A program made the translations under genes and the position numbers. A stretch of 41,033 nt of DNA, from contig JBNGIO010006129.1 in the NCBI GenBank assembly GCA_049999805.1, positions 162,276-203,308 of the forward strand. Reading direction: 5' to 3'. The notes under the pieces were generated by a model. It was not told the DNA's origin. It saw only the letters and a list, made by a program, of their open reading frames with translations, and searched no databases. Origin of the DNA: Folioceros fuciformis (Eukaryota). Positions 23,201 through 34,131 of this stretch are shown one piece after another (positions within the stretch are counted from its first letter, which is position 1; the number at the start of each line of letters is the position of its first letter).

Positions 23201-25276
23201 AAGGAGGGTGTATCAGATGTCGAGAAGGAGCTATCAGAGGTTAGAGCGAGAGTGCTTCCTTTGTCTGCCCCGTGAAAGTGCATGCCGAGTGCCTGTGACT
23301 TCGGTGGTGAAATCGTGCTGATGCGTGTGAGCTGGGTTTGATGTTAAGGGAGATGGCAGAATATGGTGGAAAGATGCCTATCCTCGTGAAGGGCGAGGGC
23401 TGCATAATACAAGTGGCAAGATCGTCGTACTGCTTCACCTGCTCTCTCTTTTCTCAGCTCGAGGAGATAAAGCTCTTGTTTTCAGTACCAGCCTTCCAAT
23501 GCTTGATCTTATTGAGAAATACCTGGGGAAAGTTCCCCGGGCCTCAGGTGGCTGTTGGACACGCGATATAGAGTGGTATAGGTACGTTCGGACTAACCTC
23601 ACTAAGGCTGTGTGGTAATTCATACCTTGCTGGCTCAGAATGAGTTGATTGTTTGAGTATGTGGGGTCTGTTATGGTTTGGCAAATGTATATGGATGTAA
23701 CCGTAGAGCCGATGCTTGGTCAGGTTTGACGGGACCACTACGGCATCAGCGAGGCAAGGGTATGTTGACAGTTTCAATAATCCGATGAATGTTACCGTTC
23801 GGTGCATGCTGATATCCACGAAAGCTGGATCACTGGGGATCAACCTACCATCAGCAAATCGTGTTGTCATGGTTGATGGTTCATGGAATCCCACACATGA
23901 CTTACAAGCCCTTTGCCGGGTGTGGAGGTATTGTTGACTTGGTTTGGAGGTTTGCAATTTTTGTTGTCAGGCATGATAGCCCTTGTGGTGCTGTGTGTTT
24001 GATGTGGGGATTCTGAGTAGGATGCAATGTTGGCGTGCAGATTTGGGCAGAAGAAGCCTGTGTATGCCTATCGCCTTTGTGCACACGGAACTATGGAAGA
24101 GAAAATCTACAATCGTCAGGCAAGTAATCCTTCCGTACGCTTCCAGGGTTCTCTTGCTTGAAGCACGTTAGGTGAAGCTGTACATGTATCCCGATTGCTA
24201 GAGGCTAAAGCGATTTTGTAGGAAACAGGTTTTCAAGGAGGGAATGGCTGCGAGGGTCCTGGATCAGGTGCAAGTGAACAGGCATTTCACTGCCATTGAT
24301 CTGTTGGCCTTGTTTAAGCTTGACAAGGACAACGATGGGTACGACTTGGAGGAGGGGAAATTTGTGGTTGAGAGCAAAGCATCAAGTTCTGTAGGTTCTT
24401 GTATGGTGACGGGAAAGGCAAGCAGTAGTTCATCTAGACTGGTGTCCGGCAATGGGCCTGTTACAGACGATGTGATGAGGGATCTTCTAGCAGAGCATCA
24501 TCCCAAGTAAGGTTCCTTAGCCGAAAGGAGGAGCTCACATGGTTGCAGACTGGTATATGTTAGATGCTTTAACATGTGGTTGTGATTGTGGATGCAGGTG
24601 GATAATTGGATACCGTGAGAACGAGCCTCTCCTTAAGGATGTGGAGGATGAGAAGCTGTCGGAGGAGGAAGTGGCTGTTGCCTGGGAGAAGTACAAAAAG
24701 CAAGAGGCGCTTGCCAGCAGCCAACAGCAACAGCGACAGCAAGCCTTGGAGGCACGTCAAGCCTGGCAGCAGCAGGAAGCTGGGAGGCAAGAGCAGCAAG
24801 CTGCGCAGCAGCAAGAGTCGGTGGCGCAGCAGCAACTGTCGGTGGCGGAGCAGCAAGGAGCTGTGCAGCAGCAGCAAGGAGCTGTGCAGCAGCAGCAAGG
24901 ATCGGTGCAGCAGCAGCAAGGGTCGGTGCAGCAGCAGCAAGGGTCGGTGCAGCAGCAGCAGCAGCATCAGCAGCACGCACAAGGAAAGTTCCCGAGGCAG
25001 ACTTGTTTCCAGCATGGCAGCAGTTCCGCCTCGGAGCTACATCAGCAGCACCAACGTGTACGTGTGCAGCAACCGCGTCGGGGGGATAGAGTGTGTGCGC
25101 AACCGGGTAGGCAGTCGGAGCAAGGTTGGATACGCAATGTTGGCTTGGTGCATCACCCGACGTGCAGTCCGGAGGATCACGCGAAGTTCTTCAGTAGAGC
25201 TCGTCTGGCACCTGGTGATCAGGTGATGTGCAACACATGCAAGCAGGTTGTGGGGTGGGATGTCGTAAACCGCTGA
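17271..25276 (+). CDS. ATRX: ATRX/CHR20 SNF2-family chromatin remodeller, more than 20 exons
   Basis: Plant ATRX N-terminal block ([12 protein letters not shown]...[19 protein letters not shown]). ADD finger (CTGC..HPIL...[34 protein letters not shown]). ATPase motifs [35 protein letters not shown] and SWNP.HDLQA..RVWRFGQ. The ATG at 17271 links in phase to the downstream exons. Confidence 0.93.
24805..24972 (+). repeat. Coding 21-nt tandem repeat encoding (QQQQG[A/S]V)n in the last ATRX exon
   Basis: CAGCAGCAGCAAGG(A/G)(GCT/TCG)GTG units, about 5 good copies plus degenerate ones. Confidence 0.92.
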
Positions 25277-26304
25277 GTTGTGATGAGACAAAGTGTTGCA
25301 AATTTTGGTGTAGCTACTGCAGCTAGTGTGGAACGAGCCATTTCCTAAACTTAAGGTTGTGTGAGGTGATGTTTGCCTCAGTCATTGACAGAGACACCCC
25401 ACACCCGCATGATAGGGTGCAAGGTTTGCTCTCTCTTGGGCATGTTTGTGTGGATCTTAGGGTAGTCTGTCCTTGGGGTCGAAAAGGGGAGTTTTGTTCT
25501 CCACCGCTTTGTGAAACAGTTTGGGCAGATAAGTGGGGTGTGTTTGGATTTGACGATATTCTACATAAATATTATGAATTATTAGGTTTTTATTTATATC
25601 GTTATGATGGGATATGTGTTATTTATGGAATGGTCACCAGCTGGTTGTAGCTCTCTGTTGAAGGAACCGAAGGAAGAAAAGACGAGCTCGGCAAGGCAAG
25701 TGGATTCGTGAATGGTGGAGTGGATGAGCAGCAGACGGTGAACTGCACACAGGCAGCGTCGCGTTGCGCCCCACTTGGTCTGCCAAAAGTGCAACAGAAG
25801 AGGCATCCGGGGTATGCTGTACTATAGGAGGCTGGAGCCTGGAGCCTCTAGAGGCTAGGGTAGGGTGGAGGTGGTATCATGGAATCCAATCCGCACACGC
25901 ACAAGCAAGCCTCTCATCCCTTTCACCCCTGGACGCTGTCCTGTCCGCAACGGGATGGGCTTGGAGACGTCTCTTTCATCCCGACAGGCGACAGGGGGCC
26001 GGGAGCACAGGGAGCTGTGTCTTGCGGGGCAGGTCAGGAATGGAAGCTTTTCCAGCGCGAGCCCCTTCACTTCACCTTCGCCTTCGCCTCCCTTCCCCTG
26101 CGACTCCTGCGACGGTGCTGCCACGCCAGGCCTGGCCTCCCATCACGGGACGGAATGGCTCGCACGCACTCTGTTGACGAGCAGCAGCAGTAACAAAAGG
26201 AAAAAGGGCCCTGGAGGCCTGCCCACCTGATCTCGCCAGTGACAGTCTTAGTCTAGTCTGATCTAGTGTAGTCTAGTCCCCCCATCCCCCTCCCCCAGTT
26301 GGAG

Positions 26305-26404
26305 NNNNNNNNNNNNNNNNNNNNNNNNNNNNNNNNNNNNNNNNNNNNNNNNNNNNNNNNNNNNNNNNNNNNNNNNNNNNNNNNNNNNNNNNNNNNNNNN
26401 NNNN
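26305..26404. other. Assembly gap (100 N)
   Basis: Exactly 100 N; both flanks carry GTTGGAG. Confidence 0.99.
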
Positions 26405-28387
26405 GTTGGAGCGTGCAGCAATTCCGAGGCGGCCGGTCCAGAATGGATCAATCTCCCTATTTGTTGCTCTCTCCCACTTGGGCCACTTCCCCTAGTTTCC
26501 AAACTTTGAATCGGAATCGGAATACGGACCCGAACCCGAATCCGTTGCAGCAGTTACCAATGACGTCATGTATGTACATACATCCGTATGTACATAACCA
26601 CAGATTTTTGTTGTTCACCGCAGCAACACAAGGCAACGTAACATAACGTAACGCAAGATAACGCGGCGCAGGGTGTCCCTAGAGGAAGAGGCCAGGGCTG
26701 GGTCAACAACACGAACCGTGGACACGGACTCTTCTCAAGGCCGTCTTCTTCGTCTCCTTCTACTCTACACCAGCCCACTGGCCGACTCGCCGACCCGCTG
26801 ACTCCACCAAGTCTCGCCGACTCCACCAAGTCTCTCACACCGACTCGGACTAGCCGCAAGCAGCCACATCCCGACCGACCAATACTACTGTAAATTAACT
26901 CTCTGTGGCCCAGTGGCCAGTCGCCCAGTCGCCCAGTCGACCCACTCCATCTCGCTCGCCGGCCTCTCTCCTTCTGCCACGCGCATCCCACGTTCCATCC
27001 ATGTATACAACCTTGTATCTACATACACAACACAACACAATGTACGGCATGCCGCTGGTTACGCTACGGTGCACTGACGCTTCTGCGTCCTGCCTGCTGG
27101 ACAGTCACTCTCCTTGTATCCTCCTCCTCCTCCTCCTCCCTCCAACGTCCCTGTAACGCCGGCCGGCTACATGGTTAGTTCAGGTGTCTCATCTGTGCTC
27201 ATCATTCAGAAAATTATGAACGTTGTGTGTACTGGCTACTGCACTGCATTTTGTCGAATGCGAGCATTGTTAATCGCCCGCCTCTACTAAGTAACGCATT
27301 ATGCTGGCTGCCGGCCGAGACCCATCTCGGATCTCCAGCGCCAGCTGAGCGAGGCTCGCGGCCCCAGGCCCCAGGCCCAGGCCGCCCCAGTTGGGCGTGG
27401 GGCCTGCTCTGCTCTGGCCTGGCCTGGCTGGGTCGGGCCGCGGCAGTTAAAAAAACAAAATGGATCCCATCCCCGATTTCACCGCGCCCAGGGACAGCGC
27501 CATGAAAGAAGGGTCCGGTCGTTGCTCACAGCACCCGCGATTTTCTCCTCTCCTTCCTCTAATGTGGGCTCTGCCTCGCGCCGGCTTACATGCGACACGC
27601 CGGCACCACACCACATAGCATCGCATTGCGTCCCCTGCCCTGCCCTCCCTTGCCCCGCCTTCACCTCGCCTGCCGAATTCCTCTTCCCCCACCTACTCGT
27701 CTCTGCTTTTCCCCTTCCCTTGCCTCCAGCTCCACTGCGCGAAATGCGCGCCTGCTGTTACCGGGGGCCTCGCACCGCACGCCTGATCTGCTCTTCCCGC
27801 TCTGTTCTGCCGTTCCGCCTTCGTCGCATTGTGCTACCTTGTCTACCTCGCTTCGCTTAGGAGCTCTTTGCTGTGCTGTGTTGCGCTGGGCTGGGCTGGG
27901 CTGGAGAGTGAGGCCAAGCGTGGGAGGGGAGCCTGCGCTGCGGCATCTGCCTCCGCCTCTGCCTCTGCCGCACCCGGACCAGGGCCCGGGCGCCTGCCGG
28001 CCATGTCCCGTGCCCATGCAATTGCCCCGCTCCTTCTTGCTCTTGGCTTTTGCTTCCGCTCCTCGTGCCAAGCCCTCGGCTGTTGAAACCATCGCTGTCG
28101 ATTGTAATCTCTGGCTGGCCGGCCCCCCTCTCTCTGCTTTTGCTAGCCGCTGCTGCCGGGAATGTACTATGTTGGATCCTCGGAGGCTGGCTGTCTCGTG
28201 CACGGCTCTGGCAGCGGCAGGTGCAGGTGGAGTGTGCTGACGGAGATGACTTGGCGTCGGGATGGCCTTGCCTTAACAACCAGCATGCGGGATAATGTTA
28301 CGGCCTCTACTGCTGCTGCTGCTCATGCCGGGGGTATGGATGTGCACCTGTAGAAGGATATGCAGTGCAGCCTGTATGTAAGCACGG

Positions 28388-28428
28388 AGGAGGAAGAGGA
28401 GGAGGAGGAGGAGGAGGAGGAGGAAGAA
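28388..28428 (+). repeat. (GAG/GAA)n trinucleotide repeat, poly-Glu if the ATG at 28360 is used
   Basis: Read directly; in frame with the PUB ORF. Confidence 0.92.
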
Positions 28429-28590
28429 GAAGTAGAAGCAGAAGAAAAGGATAAGGAAAGGGACGGAGGAAGAAACGGGGGGAATGGGACTAGGAGAAAT
28501 GCATGCGCTTTGCCAACAACAACAGCGCCTCCTCCCGGCGATGCCGCAGCACTAATAGTGCCGCCTTACCTCCCTGCGCCTCCCTCGGGG

Positions 28591-30870
28591 ATGGATCGTC
28601 GACCTGCCCAGCCTCTTCTCCAAGCCCTGGTAGACCTGGTTCAGGAACTCTCCACAATTGTGGACCATGTCACAAGTTACAGGAAAGAATGTGTCAACCT
28701 GCTCCGTCGAGCCAAGCTCTTGGCTCCCCTGTTCGAGGAGCTCAGGGATTCCGCGGCCGCTCTCCCTGCCACGGCCGTCTCCTCGCTCCGGGCCCTAGAG
28801 GCTACTCTCAAGCGCTCCAAGCTGTTGCTGGAAGAATGCAGGGACGGCAGCCGCTTTGTTCTGGTAGGTTTTGGGAACGTCACCCGCTCGCTCTTCGTCC
28901 ATCCTCTCGTGCATTTTGCATTTTCTTGCCTCATTTTCACACACGGGGGCTCGCCTGCCCTGCTCCATCAGGTTATGGACCGAGACATATTCGCTGTCAG
29001 ATTCCGGACTCTCACTGCCGACCTCAGCAGAGCTCTGGACGGTCTTCCGCTCGACCTCTTGGATGTCTCCGATGAAGTTCATGAGCAGGTGCATTTCCCT
29101 TTCGGCCCGGGCCACGCCAGTCCAGTCTGGGCCCTCTCACCAGCAACTCTTCTCCTACGTGCCATGCCCTCTGTTTGCTTACCATTTCACCGCTTTGCCT
29201 TGTTCCGTCAGGTCGACTTGTTGCATGCCCAATTGAAGAGAGCCAAAGGAAGGGTGGACACTCAAGATGAGCAGTTATACGTTGCCGTCAAAAGCATTCT
29301 CAAGAGGGAAGGAGAGCCCGCGCCCGTCCTCGACAGTATCGCGGACAAGCTCCACCTCAAGTCGGAGACTGCATGGAGGCATGAATTACAAGCGCTGGAA
29401 GCCAAGAAGGCCGGAATAGGTTCTGAGAGAGGTTGCTGGACGCACGATGAGATCGACCGGATTGTCAGAGTGGTCAAACATATTCACTGGGTGCCATCCA
29501 CGGACGCGCATGATGACGGTGTCCTTCCGGGTTGGAGGGACAAGCCTTCCAGCTCCAAGGGATTCCACGCAAGGAACGGGGTCCCCAATCCTCCTGATGA
29601 CTTCAAGTGTCCCATCTCTCTGGAGCTTCTTAAAGACCCCGTCATTGTAGCCACAGGCCAGGCAAGCCTAACTCTTCCTCCCCTTCTCTTCTGCCTTACT
29701 CCTCCATACCTCTTGTGGCACTGCTCCTTGCTGGCTCTAATTCAACCTACCTCACCTCTACTGCAGACATATGAACGAGCCTGCATCCAGAAGTGGCTGG
29801 AGGAAGGCAACCGAACGTGTCCAAAGACTCAGCAGACACTTTCTCACCTCGTCTTGACACCTAATTATGTTCTTCGAAGCTTAATTGCGCAGTGGTGCGA
29901 GGCCAATGGCTTGGAGCCACCCAAGAGGCCCGGCAATGACAAGGGAGGCAAGAATGGTGCCAAGGGTGGCGATTTTGTGGTATCCGGTGGAGACCAGACT
30001 CTAGTGGAATCTCTGCTCCAAAAGTTGAAAAGCCCTCAGCCGGAGGTGCAGAGAGCAGCAGCTGGAGAATTGCGGCTTCTTGCCAAAGTGAGCACAGAGA
30101 ACAGGGTGTGCATCGGCAAGTGTGGTGCCGTTCCGCTTCTTGTCTCAGTTCTCAGCGCTCAAGACTTGAAGACTCAGGAACATGCTGTCACGGCGCTTCT
30201 CAACTTGTCCATTCACGAAGGGAACAAGCGGGCAATTGTGTCAGCTAATGCAATCAACCCTATTGTGGAGGTGCTCAAGCATGGGAGCATAGAAGCTCGA
30301 GAGAACGCTGCCGCAACTCTCTTCAGCCTGTCCGCTGTGCAGGAAAGCAAGGCCACTATAGGAGCCTCAGGTGCCATTCCAGCCTTGGTGGACCTATTGA
30401 AGGATGGCAACAGCCGTGGCAAGAAAGATGCGGCAACCGCCCTTTTCAGCTTATGTATTTATCCAGACAATAAGGCTATCGCTGTGAAAGCCGGGATTGT
30501 TGCACCCCTCTTGGAGCTGCTAGTAGACGCGAGCATAGGCATGGTTGATGAATCTCTTGCAATCCTGTCTGTGTTGGCAACGCATTCAGAAGCAAGGACA
30601 GCCATCTCCCGATCCTGTCCCACGGCTGTGCTGGTGGATCTCATCGCAAATGGATCCTCCAAGAACAAGGAAAACGGTACTGCTGTTCTTCTCCAGCTCT
30701 GTCGTGCCAACAGCCATCATATCACAGCAGGGTTGAAGCTAGGAGCCGTCGCCTGCTTGGAGGAGCTGGCTCAAACAGGCACATCTCGAGCTAGGAGGAA
30801 GGCAACAGAGCTTCTGCAGCTCTTGAATGAACAAGAGACTGTCTCAATTGGTTGCGGAAAAGTCCGGTAA
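28591..30870 (+). CDS. Plant U-box E3 ubiquitin ligase, UND-U-box-ARM type (PUB13/SPL11-like); join(28591-28863,28972-29088,29212-29661,29767-30870); alternative in-frame ATG at 28360
   Basis: UND: RKECVNLLRRAKLLAPLFEELRD...GS. U-box: PDDFKCPISLELLKDPVIVATGQ|TYERACIQKWL...TCPKTQ...LTPNYVLRSLIAQWCE. ARM repeats: QEHAVTALLNLSI, ARENAAATLFSLS, RGKKDAATALF. Confidence 0.95.
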   Translation: MDRRPAQPLLQALVDLVQELSTIVDHVTSYRKECVNLLRRAKLLAPLFEELRDSAAALPATAVSSLRALEATLKRSKLLLEECRDGSRFVLVGFGNVTRSLFVHPLVHFAFSCLIFTHGGSPALLHQVMDRDIFAVRFRTLTADLSRALDGLPLDLLDVSDEVHEQVHFPFGPGHASPVWALSPATLLLRAMPSVCLPFHRFALFRQVDLLHAQLKRAKGRVDTQDEQLYVAVKSILKREGEPAPVLDSIADKLHLKSETAWRHELQALEAKKAGIGSERGCWTHDEIDRIVRVVKHIHWVPSTDAHDDGVLPGWRDKPSSSKGFHARNGVPNPPDDFKCPISLELLKDPVIVATGQASLTLPPLLFCLTPPYLLWHCSLLALIQPTSPLLQTYERACIQKWLEEGNRTCPKTQQTLSHLVLTPNYVLRSLIAQWCEANGLEPPKRPGNDKGGKNGAKGGDFVVSGGDQTLVESLLQKLKSPQPEVQRAAAGELRLLAKVSTENRVCIGKCGAVPLLVSVLSAQDLKTQEHAVTALLNLSIHEGNKRAIVSANAINPIVEVLKHGSIEARENAAATLFSLSAVQESKATIGASGAIPALVDLLKDGNSRGKKDAATALFSLCIYPDNKAIAVKAGIVAPLLELLVDASIGMVDESLAILSVLATHSEARTAISRSCPTAVLVDLIANGSSKNKENGTAVLLQLCRANSHHITAGLKLGAVACLEELAQTGTSRARRKATELLQLLNEQETVSIGCGKVR

Positions 30871-32931
30871 ACAACCTGTTGAATGTTGTGTCGTGTCATC
30901 TTGTACTTTGGCAAAAGCGTAGAGTAGGTGGAAGGGATGTAATTGTAGTCTCTTCAGGTACTTGATATCTTGAAGAGGGGGAATTCTCTGTTCTTCTGTC
31001 CCTCAAGGATATGTTAGTTATCAGCAGTAGCAAGTTTTGGTAACTGTGCCCAGTAAGCTGCACAAGTAGCATCACTGGGTGCCAGCTCTCTCTAGTGCCA
31101 GGTAGCAAGCTGGCCTTGAGTAGGTCTCATTAGGGGGTTGTAAAATATAGACTGCAGCTATGATGCGCTGCAGGTTCAGCAGTGTTCGTATGCAACAGCA
31201 GCAGTCGGTGTTGTTTTCTATCGTGAGTTCCGTCCTGGTGCTGACAAGGTTGGTTATGATGCTTCAATGTTGATCTGCAGTGCTGGGTTTTGGTAGCGAT
31301 AAAGGTTTCCCAGGATGGGGGCTTTGTTGCCCGATTTCACATGAGCTGCTCTCTCGACAGCTGGTGTCCACGGTGGGCGCGCACATGGCAAGGATCACTG
31401 CAATATTTGCGATGCCCTGATTGCCCATCACGTGGTTACATCACGAGCATCCAACCGGTAAGCTCAAGAGACTGACCCAAAATAGCAGTTCACTCTCCGA
31501 GTTTTGTGCAACTGTTCCGAGATGCCAGATGGTCAGGTACTTCGCGGGGAATTTCGATTAACTGTACGTAGTCGTGCCTGTCTCTAAAAGCGACTTCACA
31601 GGTAAGCACACAGCACACGAGGGAGGGGGCATTGTGCACACAGCAGGCATGGGCCGCATGGCTGTGCGTATTTCTTAGAAAAGGAAATGCAGGGAGCTGG
31701 TGCAATTATGTTAAACTACGTGCCGTGACCCGTATCAAGGTCGATCATGTCTAATTCCGATTTACCTTTTGTGTGCACCATTACCTTGACTCTGCATCGG
31801 CCCCCTACTGTACATCATACGGGCAACCCGATTCTCGTGAATGCTTCGACGTCGGCACCAGGCACGCTTGCCTGGGTGGCACGATGCACTAGGCAGGCGC
31901 TCTGGCAGCTCGGGGGTGCGTGCATTGACGTGCCGAGGTGACAGCCTATATCCGCACATCATCATAGAGCTGGCTGCAGGAGTGACCCGGTTTTCAAAGT
32001 TTCTTCCGGCCGAGAGAAAGATCAGGGACGCCGGAGTTATCAAAGATGGAAGGTCGCAGAAGAGAAGCCGGGATGTTGATGCAGCCAATGATCATGCAGA
32101 TTTGGATCCTTTCCGCTTTCAAAGCTTTTAGCCAACGAGTCTGGGATTCATCGCAGGAGCTACGTCCGTATCGTGATGCAACTTGCATCCATGTCGCTCA
32201 TCTCGTACCTGTTGCAGCGGATGCCCTCGCACAGATGCCAAGACTCAGTGGTAGGTTAACTACTGTGCGTGTCTACACATACAGTGCGGTATGTTGCCTT
32301 TCCCAAGAGGAAGCTCCTCTTCCCAGAGACAAAACATACTCACCAGGTCTTCCAAACTAGGTGTAAGATTTAGCGAACAAGCTAGCTAGGCAGGTGGCGA
32401 AGTTGTAAATAGTGTTTACACCTGTCGTACCTTCCATCAGCATGAGCTGCCTCGCTTCATCCAGTTGTTTTGCCTCCAAACATGTCCATTCGCGGACTGT
32501 TCACATGCACCTACTACGCCTCTGGACAGTGTTGCTGCCCTTCGACATACAGTTGTGCTGCCTCCAAACAGTGTGTTGCTGCCGACCCCAAACCATGTGC
32601 TTTCGATTCTAATGAGAGTCATGGGTGCCAAGTTGTCTACCTTGACAGGCTAGATAGCCCCCGATTCCAACGAAAGTCACGGACTCCAAGTTGTCTGCCT
32701 TGACCGGCTAGATAGCCTTATGTCAGAGTGCTTGGCCAGGAGATTTACCTCCCTGTGTGCGACTGTGTCAGCCAGCTGCTGGTAGCCTGCTTGACTCCGC
32801 CAGCCGCGTTCCGCTTGAAGCTGAAGCAGCAACAGTGTGTGTCTCATGGCCACATGTACAAATCGGATACGCATTCCCGAACAACTAGGATCCTTCAGCA
32901 GGGCTAGTTACGGAGCATGTCCGTCAGTCGA

Positions 32932-34131
32932 TCAGCGGAATTCAACAAGGGCCCGGCCAAGCACCTTGCCTTGACTCAAGGCCAAGTAGGCCTGATCCGC
33001 CTCCTCCAGGCTGCATCTGTGGGTGACAGCAGACTTGAGATCGACGGCCCCTGCCTGCACCAAGGCGATGACACTGGGAAGATCCTGGCGAGCCCTGGCC
33101 CCGTAAGAGCCGATGATACGAATCTGCCTCCTCACGAGGCGGGTTATGTCGATGCCAGCCACTTCTCCGAACCTTGGCAACCCCACCATGACGGCCCTGC
33201 CCCCGTCCCGCACAGCCAGCGACGCCTGCACGAAAGTCGCAGCTTTCCCCAAGGCCTCCACCGCCACATCCACCCCCTTGCCGCCCGTGATTTCCCGGAT
33301 CCTCTCCACAGCATCCTCTTCGGCCGCATTCACCGTGTGCGTAGCCCCCATCTCCCGAGCCTTCTTCAGCTTGTCCTGGTCCACATCTACTGCCACCACG
33401 ACGGTGGCGCAGAAGGCCTTGGCCAGCTGCACGCAGCCGCTGCCGACCCCGCCCCCCCCAATCACCGCCACGCTCTCCCCAGCCCGTAGGTCCGCCGCGT
33501 TCCGCAACGCCCCGTACGCGGTGAAGATGGAGCACCCCATGATGGCCGACTCTGAGTACGGGAGCTCGTCGGGGAGCACCGCCACAGCCGAGGCCGGCAT
33601 GACGCAGAACTCCGCCAGCCCGCCCATGCTGTACATGGCCACCGGTCGCCCAGACCCCGCCAGGAACAAACGCGTGTGCCCGTCGTAGAGCGCGCCGTGT
33701 GCTCGGTTGTGGCGGAAGAACTGCTCGCACAGATCCTCCTGCCCCTTCACGCAGAAGAAGCATCCTCCGCAGGGCATGATAAACGCTCCCACCGCCCGGC
33801 TACCAATTGGGAGTCTCCCGCGAGTGACCGCGTCTGTCCCCGGCCCGTGCTCCACCACCTCTCCCGCCACCTCGTGCCCCAGCACTGCGGGCAGCGGGAA
33901 CGGCTGCTCCGCCTTCATCACATGAAGATCAGAGTGGCACACCCCGCACGCCTTCGTCCGCAGCAGCACCTCCCCCAACTGCGGCCGCGGAATCTGCAGC
34001 TCCTCGATCACCATGGCTTTCCCCGGCTCCCACAGCACCGCTGCCCGCATCCTTGAAGCTCCACCCGCCGCTGCTGCCGTCGCCGCGGAGCATTGCCGCC
34101 GCATCTGCATCAGCCAGCCCCATCTCCTCAT
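32932..34131 (-). CDS. Zn-dependent MDR alcohol-dehydrogenase-like oxidoreductase (GroES-like, HER2 type), intronless, with a probable mitochondrial presequence
   Basis: Catalytic Zn motifs CGVCHSD and GHE, structural Zn CGGCFFC..LC, and Rossmann VIGGGGVG. Blocks such as GAFIMPCG, YSMGGLAE and RIIGSYGARARQDLP match the plant HER2 group. The N-terminus is Arg/Ala-rich with no acidic residues. Confidence 0.93.
   Translation of the reverse strand: MRRWGWLMQMRRQCSAATAAAAGGASRMRAAVLWEPGKAMVIEELQIPRPQLGEVLLRTKACGVCHSDLHVMKAEQPFPLPAVLGHEVAGEVVEHGPGTDAVTRGRLPIGSRAVGAFIMPCGGCFFCVKGQEDLCEQFFRHNRAHGALYDGHTRLFLAGSGRPVAMYSMGGLAEFCVMPASAVAVLPDELPYSESAIMGCSIFTAYGALRNAADLRAGESVAVIGGGGVGSGCVQLAKAFCATVVVAVDVDQDKLKKAREMGATHTVNAAEEDAVERIREITGGKGVDVAVEALGKAATFVQASLAVRDGGRAVMVGLPRFGEVAGIDITRLVRRQIRIIGSYGARARQDLPSVIALVQAGAVDLKSAVTHRCSLEEADQAYLALSQGKVLGRALVEFR

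Noticed and set aside
23338-23571. Listed 77-aa ORF, and an apparently missing ATRX helicase-C segment
   Set aside because: The real exon is in another frame (WWKD...[16 protein letters not shown]...WYR); the gene is complete.
28063-28240. Partial resemblance to miR536 (TCGTGCCAAGC) and to a miR530/1030 site (GGTGCAGGTG)
   Set aside because: Only about 10-11 nt match and no supporting hairpin was seen.
27522-28295. Overlapping ORFs upstream of PUB
   Set aside because: GC-rich, stop-poor promoter/leader sequence with no recognisable protein.
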